The position numbers and the translations under genes were made by a program. A stretch of DNA of 64,000 bases from Fimbriosthenelais zetlandica (lineage: Eukaryota). A model generated the notes under the pieces. That model made no database searches. It was not told the DNA's origin and saw nothing but the letters and a program-made list of their open reading frames with translations. Shown here one piece after another: positions 46,701 through 58,700 of this stretch; positions within the stretch are counted from its first letter, which is position 1; each line of letters opens with the position of its first letter. The stretch spans positions 5,704,001-5,768,000 of the forward strand of contig OZ365117.1 in assembly GCA_977030845.1 (NCBI GenBank). Direction: 5' to 3'.

Positions 46701-49700
46701 TTGTGACTTACTCACTCACCCCCTCACTCACTCACTCACTCACTCACTCACTCACTCACTCACTCACTCTCACTCACTCACTCTCACTCATTCTCCCGTC
46801 ATCTTTCAGGTCATTACTGTGTACCAGGATCTGTTGTACCAGGTGATATGAGCACCATTGTATTGGTCTGTCCGTTGGGTTACTTCTGTCCTAACGGTAC
46901 CGGCTATGACTGGCAAGCCTGTCCAGCAGGTAGCTACGGCAACCGATCTGGTCTCATGACAGCTAGAGAGTGCAGGCCTTGTGATGCCGGCTACTATTGT
47001 TCAGGTACTCCCCTTAGTCATAATGACACATTTCCAAAATATTTAAAATAAAGAAGTGATCATCAAAATCTTATTTCAAAAAATGTTTAACAGTTGAATC
47101 GATTGTCAATTCTTGATGTTTCAAATGAGTCACTTTCTGAAATGAATGGTCCAAACTTTACTTCCCTCTTCCAGGAAGCAACCTGACCAGTCCAACAGGT
47201 CTATGTGACGAGGGTTTCTACTGCGTCTCTGGTGCTGACCGGCCGAACCCACTCATGCTGAACGAGTCACAATGTCCATCAGACACCATCCACCCTGTGA
47301 TAGGCCATGTCTGCCATCCTGGTCACTACTGCCGAGCTGGGTCAACCTACCCTACAGCCTGCCCTGCTGGGTCATACCAGAGTCTGTCACAGCAGGCTGA
47401 ATGTCTACCGTGTCCAGACGGGTACTACTGCCTGGCTAACACCACTGATTTCACCTCCAATGTCTGCCCCACGGGGCATTATTGTCCACTAAGTACGCCT
47501 TCTGCATATGACAGGCCGTGCCCTCCAGGGACATTCAACAACCAAACGACAATGACTGAGGTAAGTCGGTAATAGAACTTGGGAAAGTTGGGTGTAGTTC
47601 TAGGGCCCTATATGGTCCAGAAATTTCGGGACCTCTGATTTTTTTCCTTAGGAGATCAAAAAAAAAGGAGGATCCAGTAAATATCTCTTACAATTCCACA
47701 CTGTCTTATGATAGCTGGGACAAATTTTTAACCAATACAAGTTGGGAACATTGGTAGCATTGAAGGACCAGTGGGTATAGCCCCAATTTAATTAAGGTTT
47801 GTCCTATAATGTGAACAGGGGCAGATTTCTCGCCAGTTGTTTCAGTCACCTAAACCCCCCCTGAAGATTTGGTATTAACCCTGATTAACCCCTGATTAAG
47901 GTCCTTGCTGTACTGTCTATTTCAGGTAGGAGACTGTCTGTCCTGTACACCAGGCATGTACTGTTCTGGAGTAGGTAATGTCGGACCTACAGGGCTTTGT
48001 GATGCTGGCTGGTTCTGTACAACTGCTTCTAACTCTTCACAGGTTGGTATCTTAGTCTTTATTTGTCCGTCCATTTGTTAAGGCTTTGACATCCACCTTG
48101 TCATCTTTATACTATTCCTGATATCAGTTGCCCAAGAGTAAAGCCTGGAGCAAACTAATCTGATTATCCAATCCATCGCCATGAGATCCCCCATTTCTAA
48201 TAGCATCCAATGATTGAAGGTTAGCCTTACCTAGGTTAGAAGATCTGTTCAAATTACAAGCATTTGGTGTGAATAGAAATATAGTTTTTCCTGCTTTCTG
48301 ATTTGTGCCTGCCCCTCAAGTATGGCAGCATTTATAGTACAGAAGTTAGTTCTGTATCTTACAATTTTACTGACATATATCTAACCTGTCTTTATTTGAC
48401 AGCCTGTTGAGAGTAGTATGGGAGGGGAGTGTGGAGCCGGTACTTTCTGCCCTGAGGGTTCAGAAGCACCCACCGACTGCACGCCTGGTTCCTACTGTAA
48501 CACTACAGGCCTCTCTCAACCTATCGGTCCCTGTGACGCTGGTTGGTACTGTCCTATAGCCTCCACCTCATCCAGACAGAGTGTCTGCCCCCGAGGCTAC
48601 TACTGCCCACAGGGGAGCGACCTCCCAGAGCCGTGTAGGAACGGTACCTACGGTCATACTACAAACCTAGCCACCAACGGAGAATGTAGGCTCTGTGATC
48701 CAGGCAAATACTGTAATGAGACTGGATCCACTAGTCCGACTGCTGACTGCTATCCTGGTAAGTTTAGTATTGATATACGGTCAAACAAGGGTCAAAAATA
48801 TAATTGGTCCTGTAAGATTCTTGAGCTGGAGTCTAGGGTATAATTTGGTTTGAAGAAATCGCATTTTGGCTATGCAAGTTAATTTTGCAAAGCAATCAGG
48901 ATCCAATCACGCGATTTTTAATCAATATAATTTTCTGATCACACAGGATATTATTGTCCAGACGGCCAGATGACCCCGACCCCCGGTGACTACATGTGTT
49001 GGAGGGGTCACTACTGTCCAGCAGGCGTGGGTGTACCACTGGTATGCTTCAATGGTACCTACCAAAATGACCTGGGTCAAGTCAACTGTAAACCCTGCGA
49101 AGCCGGTAAGTATTATAATTTACGAGGAACTTTCCAATACTTTCAGCTACAGCAAGACTATACAGGGGTGGATTTTAATCCAGATTTTGTTCCATAATAA
49201 AACGGACCCCCAAGTCTGAAATAGAAATGTCAGCTAGGAGCAGTCATAATCTGACAAAAGCCATGTGTCTTTAGGGGTCCGTCATAATTTTAGGGCGTCT
49301 CAGAACCACAGATCCCGTTGCAATCCACTATTTATGATCCAAGTTTTTTTCTTTACCCAGGATACTACTGTGATAACAGTATTGCCCCTGTGACTGGACT
49401 GAGCAACTATTCCTGCCCCGGTGGTCACTACTGCCCACCAGGTACAGCCTATGCACTACAGTACCCCTGCCCTGCGTCCACCTATAATAATGTGACGGGA
49501 CTCATCTCAGATGACCAGTGCCAGGTCTGTCCACCAGGCTACTACTGTCAGAATCCAGGACTGTCCACACCAGAGGGTCCCTGTGCAGCTGGGTAAGTTA
49601 CGGCACTTTATTGTTATATTTATTTTAGTTAGAATTTTTATAGAGGCTGTTATGGGTGAATACCAGTTCACACTCTTGCTTGCTCAAGTTTCCGTGTGAT

Positions 49701-52700
49701 TTTCAGCTGGGGGCTCTTTCTATGTGCATTACTACATTGCCTTCTATGCAATGGATATTTCTAGGTGCATTTTAGTTGGTTCTAGGACCAACTGTAAAAT
49801 GCATTTATAAACAATAATTCATCAGTTTTAACATTTTTTTTGCGTTATTTTCCAGTTTCTTCTGTAATGGTAGCACAGCCCTACCTAACCCAGCCGATGG
49901 GGAATGCCCTATAGGTACATACTGCCCTGAAGGCAGTTATAGACCCGTGCCTTGTCCCAGTGGAACCATCGCTACCAGTACTGGTAACATCAATGTTACC
50001 GACTGTGGACTGTGTCCTGCCGGCCGATACTGCACTCCTGAGACCTCCAGCAATGGTATTTACAATCTATCTTTATAGGGAAGCTCCACTTCGTTTTCTG
50101 CCACATCTGCCGCAAGTGTAACTGTATTGGCAAGGGCTTGCTATTTGTGGGGCGCCTATATAGTGTGCTCTATATGTGAAGGGGGCCTATTTTGTACTCT
50201 AATTGTAAAGAGAGCATATATAGTGTGATCTATTTGCCAGTGGCGGGGCCAGAAATGGCAGTTGAAGCCATAGAAAAGTCAGCCACAAGGGCTAGTCGCA
50301 ACAAAACAAGACAGAAGACCTCCAGTGGAGCTACCCTAAATGATGTTCACAATATCTCCCTCAGAGTTGCATTGAATACTTTGGTACCTTAGCTGAAATG
50401 ATCCTTGATTTCCATGAAGTTGCCATAATCTGAGATTGCATTCTAATCAATCCATTGATCTTGGTACCTCCCACTTTCCATTGTAGGTGAGACATTACCC
50501 TGTGCAAAGGGCTTCATCTGCACAGGAGGCTCCAACACTGATATGCCCACTGACCCTGCTATGGGTTACATCTGTCCTGTTGGAAACTTCTGTCCAAGTG
50601 GAGCTGTGCTCCCACAACAATGCGATGTTGGTTCCTACGCTCCCTACCAAGGACTAGGTAAGTACTTATTTTCTTCTCCAGAAGAAAGATGGCATTCTGT
50701 TCTTGCCACGAATTCATTCATTTCACATTTCATGTGAGCAGTTTGCCCCAGCCATGACTTTCCTTTCAGGAAATTACTGAAATACAATACAATTGATTGT
50801 TGCAATGCCTGCTAACATGAGTATGTGAAATACAAATAATGTTCTAATGCCCCACCCAAATATTTCAAAAATGTCCTGAAATTTTAGTTGACATTCTGAA
50901 ATCATTTCTGGCTACATTTATGTTACAATTGTGTTTTTAGGTGAGTGTTTGCCTTGTCCTGCCGGTACGACATGTCCTTTACGTGGAATGAACGCTACAA
51001 TGCTCTGTCCTCGAGGCTTCTATTGCCTGAATGGTACCTACAACAATGGTAACCCCTGCCCTATAGGTAAGACAACACTTCACTTCTAACCTCACTCAAA
51101 CTTTCAACATTTTTCTGCCTTAGAACCATGATTGATTTTGTGTTCATTCTTACTTGACTGCCTAAAAGGAATCAGTCAATATGTTGGAATGGCGGCGACT
51201 CCACTGAGCCACAAAGGCCTTTGCAGCCATTGCTGTTCTTGCGGTCATTGTGCTTGGTACCTTCCATTAGAAATTCAAGGGCTACAAGGACCGCAATCCG
51301 CATAATTTCTTGTGGTCTGATAACAAAAATTGAATCAGGCCGCAAGCCACAATGACGGGGCTGCAAGTGTAAAAGAAAAGTGCAGTGGAGTCACCCCATA
51401 TCTTCAGATAATTAATACTTTATTGTTGCTCTGTTGCCTAACGTTCTCTCTCTCTCAGGCACCTATAATGACCAGTTAGGGTTGGATAATGAGACAGCCT
51501 GTCTACCTTGCCCTCCTGGTCAGTTCTGTAATCAGACTGGTCAAGAACAGCCAGCTGGACCCTGTGATGCTGGTTACCTCTGTGTCAGTGGTGCCGCCCA
51601 CCCTGGTCCATCAGATGGGGTCAACACTCTCTGTCCTATAGGCTACTACTGCGATCAAGGTAGTGTTCCATACATCCCTATAATACCATGAAATTTCTTT
51701 GGTCTTTTTTGAGAAACTTGTACAAAACTTGAACAAAATTCCCCTCAATGTTACATAGGGCCACTCTAAAATAGGGGTTCAATATAATATGAAAAATGTT
51801 TGTCCGATATATTTCTTTTGGATGGTTATATTTCAGTTTTATATTTGTCAGATCTTGCCTTAAATGATGTGATAATCTTTGCTCTTACTAGCGTCAAATC
51901 GTTAATCCTTCATTCTTTAATTCAGGAGCCTTGAATGCCACTGCATGTCCACGAGGAACCTTGAACAACAACACCGGCGGAGCCTCGCTAACTGACTGTT
52001 ATCCTTGCCCTCCCGGACATTTCTGTTCAGATGTCGGGGCTAATGCCCCCACCGGACCATGCAAGGAGGGCTACTACTGCCCAGATACCTCAAAGATAGT
52101 GACGGATGAACCGAGTGATTATGTTTGTCCTCGAGGTCATTTCTGTCTCATCAGGACAGCTACTCCACAGGCTTGCCCTCCAGGTGTGTACTAGGACTGG
52201 TCAACCCGGTGTCAGTACAATGTGACTGGGTGAGGAGGTATCATGTCATGTGTCTGCAACATGATACCTCAGTGAGGAAGCACTATTAAAGAGCATAGGG
52301 CTTACTGTCACAAGTAGGCACCGTCATGATAGAACTGAAAAATTGTTGAAAGTGACATTAACCCCATACAATCACAATATTTTAAGACGAGATTTAGCTT
52401 GGTCGGTTCTGGGGCTTGGTCGGTTCTGTGACCATCCCCCTCCACCCTACTTCCTCCGCTGTCTACCATCAAAACCCATCAATCAAATGGGTTTTTTCCT
52501 ATAGAACCAAGCCCTATAATCTTTCCTTTAGTCTGTTTACCCAAAGCTCTCCCAGACTTCTGTTTGTTAGATAGCCAGAAATTACTGATGTATCTCTAAA
52601 TTTTCTTCCTAATTTAATTTCGATTTCTTGACCTTTTGCAGGTACCTATCAGCCAGGTGAAGGGGCCATCTCCTGTGCCGTGTGTCCTCCAGGATACTAC

Positions 52701-55700
52701 TGCCTGACTAACTCAAGTACCCCCTATGATTGCCCATCATACAGCTATTGCCCCGAGGGCTCCATTGAACCCATGATCTGCCCTAATGGGACATACACCG
52801 AGACCAGTGTATCAGGGCTGGGTGACGCCACACAGTGTGCCCAGTGCAAAGAAGGTCAGTTGTAGTCTATGTGTTTTGTATACCAAGGGCGACATTCTGA
52901 CACAGCATCATTAAAGGGGCACTATCACGGAACGCCTGCTTCATTTTGAAGGATGTCATACCATCCACAGATTTAAGAACGTCCTTACATCTTAGGACGG
53001 TATAGTGCCCCTTTAACTGTCGTAGCTAACCACAGCTTGTAAATTGTTATGCGACATGCGACATGCGAAAAAGGGACCCATGAGTTCCACTTGGTCAATA
53101 GTTTTGGGCCACCAGCCATGAATTTCACATACTGTAGACAACAACTGATTTAGAATCAGACCTTGAATCCATTAAGCCTGGAATACACTGATCTGATTCT
53201 CCATCCGGATCCATCCGATAGCTGTCCGAAACTATATTTCTATTCACACTAAATGCTTGTAATTTGAGCAGACAATTACACCTAGGTAAGGCTAACCTCT
53301 GACAAAATTTCAATCATTAGATGCCTTTAGAAATTCGGATGACGACGGATTGGAGTATCGGATAAGTGTATTCCAGGCTTTAGGGTTTATTGTTCAATAC
53401 ATCAACCAGTTTTTAACTTAATTACTTAAATTCTTCACAGGGAAGTACTGTGTGGACGGGCGGATCACTGGAGACTGTGCGGCAGGATTCTGGTGTATTA
53501 AGGGTAACACGTCACCCTGGCCGTCTGGTAATGGTACAACTGAGATGGGAGGACCATGTCCTTATGGCTTCTACTGTCCTGAAGGTGGGTGGAACCTGTT
53601 AAGACTTAAGTTCTAATGCTTCTAAACCAACTCTTAGAAGGTTGTTCAGTGGATTCAATTCTACGATCTCCCTACAATCTGTTTTACGATCCAATTACAA
53701 AAATCCAAAAGTATGTGGAATGAAGATACTGAAAAACTATGCGGATTGAACATACGATCATGTTTCTGTGTGCTCTGCATTTTTTCATGGATCAGAACAC
53801 TCCATGTTCTTATTTTGATAATGTTCAAGCAGATCGTATAGTAGGGAGATGGTAGCTCAGTGTTCAGTCTATTAAACGTGTCCATTTAGGCAAATTTTGA
53901 CCACAACAAGGTCTGACTACCTTGGAGGTGTAGCCGCTATAAAGGAGTATGCTATTTTCCAGGAACAACTGCTCCTGTTGCATGTAGCCCTGGCAGTGTC
54001 ATCGCCAAAATCGGTGCTTCCCACGTGGGAGAGTGTGACTTCTGCCCAGCAGGCAAGGAGTGCCCAGTGGGCGTCAATGTGCCTCGGGACTGTGAACCCG
54101 GCCACTATTGTCCCTTCAATGAGACCAAGAAACCATGTCCAGTCTCCACTTACAATAAACGATCAGGTGGTCAGAACATGACTGATTGTTCACCCTGTCC
54201 TGCTGGGTATTTCTGTGGTGTGGAAGGTTTAGCGGACTATGCCATCAGCCCTTGTCCTCCTGGCTATTACTGTACTGAGGCTATCTACAGTCCCATCCCA
54301 TGCCCTGCCGGCACGTTCAGGTACTGTCTATACTTTATATAACTTTGATGAGTTCAAATAGTTCAGGATAGTAGTTTAGCTATGCTCAAAATTCAGAGGT
54401 GTGGATTATCAAATGCATCAATATTTGTTCTGAAGGGGGTGCCACTTTCCAGTGTCTCCTAGCTCCATCAGTGTAACTGCACTAGCAGGGGCTTGCTATT
54501 TGAGCATGCCTATATTGTGCTCTAATTGCAAGTGGTGTGACAGATATGGAATTTGATGCCAGAGAAAATTCAGCTACGTGGACTATCCGCTATAAGATTG
54601 CAATAAAATCACAAGACAAAAAGAACCATCATGGAGCTACTCCATTAGCAGTGACACTGTAACCTTGCTGACTGTTTTTTTGTATTTTTAAACTGTATTT
54701 TATTGTTGCCAGGCCTACTGAGGGAGCTGGTAACATCACAGACTGCCACCCGTGCCTGGCTGGTTACATCTGCCCCGAGACTAACGGAACAGTGGCCGGG
54801 GAACAATGTGATTCTGGATACTTCTGTCCACCTGGCACAATGAACCAAACCATCTGTCAACCAGGTAACTAAAACCTACCTGAAACCCCCAGTAACCCCC
54901 CAGAACTGATAACCATAGATCACCCATTGCCATATAATACCTACCTGAAAAGCTAAATAAACGCCCAGAACATAAATGGACCTAAAATAGTAAAAATACA
55001 ATGAACTAAGCAGATTTACCAACATGTTTTTTCAGGTTATTTCTGTAACAGATCAGCTTCCCAGCAGCCTTGTCCACCCGGTTTCTTCTGCCCAATCGCG
55101 TCAGAAGCACCAGCACTATGTCCATTCGGTCACTACTGCCCAACAGTCGTCATAGACGGTCAACTCAGAGGTACTTATCAACCTATATAGTAGCTGATAG
55201 ACAAATTCACTTTGCTATGTTATTTGGCATTGATTATAATTGATCCATCTTTCTCTGTAGGTGCTATTGAACCTGTCAAGTGCCCGTTGGGTTACATCAT
55301 GTATAATGGCTCCCCACAAAGTACATTTGCTGATACCTGTGAGCCTTGCCGACCTGGATACTATGGAAACCATCCAGATCGGAGTGAATGTCGACCATGC
55401 CGGGCGGGAGTGGTGTGTAAAGCCACGGCCACTACAGACATACCTCTCTCCAACTCCACCGCTTATTTCGGATACAACAATACCAACAGTTACCCCTGCC
55501 CAGAAGGTAAAGCATTTTATATAACTCATAATACAATCTTTCAAAAAGGTCCTGTCTTTCTCACCAGAGCTGCTATCTGGGTCGTGACTGGCTCAACAAT
55601 GAATAAGTTGATTATGTCTTGCAGGTTACTATTGCCCTATGAACACCACCTTGCCCATACACTGTCCTGAAGGCACATACAACCAGAACCCCGGTGCAGG

Positions 55701-58700
55701 TAGCTTACAGGAGTGCCTGGCCTGTCCCATAGACCACTTCAACCATATGACCGGTCAGCCTAAATGTTTCTCCTGTGGTGGTGAGGCCATTCAACCTAGG
55801 ACAGGTAATGATTTCTCAAGTTATAACAATCATTTAAGTTTAAACTGTCCAGGGACATTTTTCTGCAACTACAAGTCAGTTAAGAGAGTTCTAATCATGT
55901 CTGTCTTAACCCTTCCGTGCCGAACCACACATTTTGCTAGTTAATTTAAGCCTTTTAGCGACAATTCTAGGCATGAAAAGTGACTTAACATAAGTGCTGT
56001 TCATTCAAAAATGATTTAAAGTGTGTTAGATAAGGTGATTTGAAAGAAAAGAGAGGTTTCTGATTAAGATTTCTCTTTGACAGGACAAACCACGTGTCAG
56101 TGCAGTGGTTCAGGGCGTGACTTCCAGCCCAGTGACCGGAAGTGTCCTTGTGCTTCCGGCTTCATTAACATCGAGGGCAGGGCCTCGGACTGTGTCAAGA
56201 AGGTCCACGATCTTTGTGCAGTCGATGAGTCCCGCAATCAGCTTGGAGAGTGCTTGTCTCCAGCACAATGGGAAGAATACTGCAGCACCAAGGTGTGTGA
56301 CACTTATAAAGGTTACAATCGTGATCTTGGACTGTGTCTGTGCGGTGTAGATGACCTTGAAGCATTCTGTGACCCTGAATGTCGAGCTAAATCTAAGAGA
56401 GTTGTCACCTTACACTGTCCAAGTCTACCTCTGGTTCCCTTCATGAGGGTTTCTGACTCCACTGGGGCTATAAAGGTGAGTTGGCACTTGAATAATGTTT
56501 GTACGAATATGAATCTTTGAATTTAGCTCCTTTATAAAACGTTTCAAAAAGAATACTAGGTGATGATCTACTTTTTGAATTGCAGTCAGAGATACCTATT
56601 GACAACCTTGGTAAGATTACCCATCTGAGAACCCTCCCACTTTGCACTGACCTCGATGCTGCCCCGTCAAGCGTACCATTCATGGAGATGACTGACGAAG
56701 GTTTTCTCGGAGTTTACAATCCTGATCCAGACCAGGTGCTCGGTCTTCTGGAGGATAACGCTAAGGGGGTCTACGACCGAAACATCAGCCGAGCTGGAGA
56801 AACGGGGTACACCTTCAGACGTCGCTTGTTGGCCACCTCAACCAACCCAGGCTCCAAATTCAAAGGCATTGCTAACCCGACCATCTGCATCCTTCATGCC
56901 ACACTGATGTTCTTCGTCGTCAGCAATGATTTCTACCCGATATATGACAGGTAGGTTGGATTGAACTACACATGTATTTTGCTCAACTGAATACTTTATA
57001 CTTTGCCCTCAGTTTCCTCACCTGACTTGATCTTTTCTCAACAGAGACAACCTGTACAACACCAATGATAAGTTTGATTATGGAGGCTTCCGAACGCTCG
57101 CTGAAGCCCATGCTCTGCAGTCCACACAGTCCACATTATTTGCTTATCAGTTCAATGATCCAGGAGCCTATGCCTTCTATGCCAGCAATGATGTTAACAA
57201 GAAAATAGTAAGTAAAGAAATACTGATTCTTCACAAATAGTTTAGTTTTCGATGGTCGCAAAGATGAATTGCCAATGTTTCTCTCCCAGTTTCCCTTATC
57301 CTGGGCCCACACAGAGGCGATTTGCCCATGCGATAGTAAACATATTTCTAATCACAACCAATGCTTGGAATTTTAACAGTCCTTTAAACCTAGCTAAGGC
57401 TAACCACTGACAAAATTATAAGCATTGGGTGTGACTAGAAATGTACTATCGCTCTGCATCGCTTGGACAAATCGCCTCTGTATGGGCCCGGCATTAGTAC
57501 AACTGATAATTCCATTGTACTAACTAACTGGCTTTTCTTGTGTGTAGTATGTTCGTGTCATGGCACCTAACGCTCAGTGTACTGAAGACGGTCCGTTCTT
57601 CCCCACCACACCTCGCTACGTCATCCAGAACGGTATGGCTATATCCCAGGACATCCTCAAGTCACCTGACTGGCTGGTCATACTCATTCTACTCGCCGCC
57701 GTCTTCCTTGTCATGGTCATCATAGTCCTGGCTCTGGTAGGTCACTTTAATTCACTCCTTTAAAGGGGCACTCTCACGGAGGCACAATGAGCACCAGGAA
57801 TTAAGGCCTGCTTCATTTTGAGAGACGTCATATCATCCGCAGATTTAAGTACATTCTTAAATCATAGAACGGTCGTACTTAGTTTTCAGTACTAGCTGCA
57901 GACACAAAATGATTTTAAAATTCATACTCAACTACATACAAGGACAGTAGTTTCTTCATTTAACCATTCTCTTCCTTAAACTCTCAGGTCTTGTTCAGGA
58001 AATATGGCTGGAACAAGGCCATGTTTATATCGCCGCACTACCGCTTGCTGAGTCGGAAGTACAACTTTGATGACTACGCCAGCAAGGGTTCAGCTGTACA
58101 CTCTGTTAAGAAATTCAACCGAGCTATTACAGCCGATGGAAATGGTGATGCATCTCAACCCCTGGCTCTCATGGGTAGGTCCAGAATGATTCTTTATTCT
58201 CTATCAAAGCTTAGTCTCAAAGGTCGCAACCATATCTAAAAATTTTGATATGGTTGCAAAGTTCTGTGTGGCTCCAGTGGCGTTAGTCCCAGACTCAGTG
58301 GCGCTGTACCATTAGCATCCATGGAAGATGGATGAACTTAAACTTATTTTTGAAGCCATGTTTCAATCTTTCCTTTCCCTTTGATGTTTCTGCAGCAGCA
58401 GGAGATGGGGAAGATGACATCAAGGCGGATGAATTCTGGGATTACACTCGCCAGGTGGATCTAGAGGCCTTCAGCAGTAACACCTTGTATGACATCCTCT
58501 CATCACAAGCCAGAGACATCACCAAAGGTCTGGGCAAGCAGAAAGAAGAGGTAAGTGTTTTTATGGCTAGAAATGCACTGAAGTTCTCCCGCCACATCTG
58601 ATCATCCCCTAAATTGACTGTGACTGGCTGGTGCCATTTTCCTTCTTATATTTAAAACACGATATAGAGACAACTTTTGGTCATTCCCCATGGTTGATGC

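Noticed and set aside
53897-54181. Alternative-frame and antisense ORFs overlapping exons throughout the ORF track
   Set aside because: Shadow ORFs of GC-richer exons. Many begin at GTG/TTG, which is not meaningful here, and none shows a recognisable protein pattern.
94-55804. Naming the gene as an Eph receptor, TNFR, PCSK5, SVEP1, SCUBE or laminin
   Set aside because: Only the generic Cys-repeat type is shared. No kinase, death, subtilase, CUB, sushi or laminin domains are visible, so no gene symbol is given.
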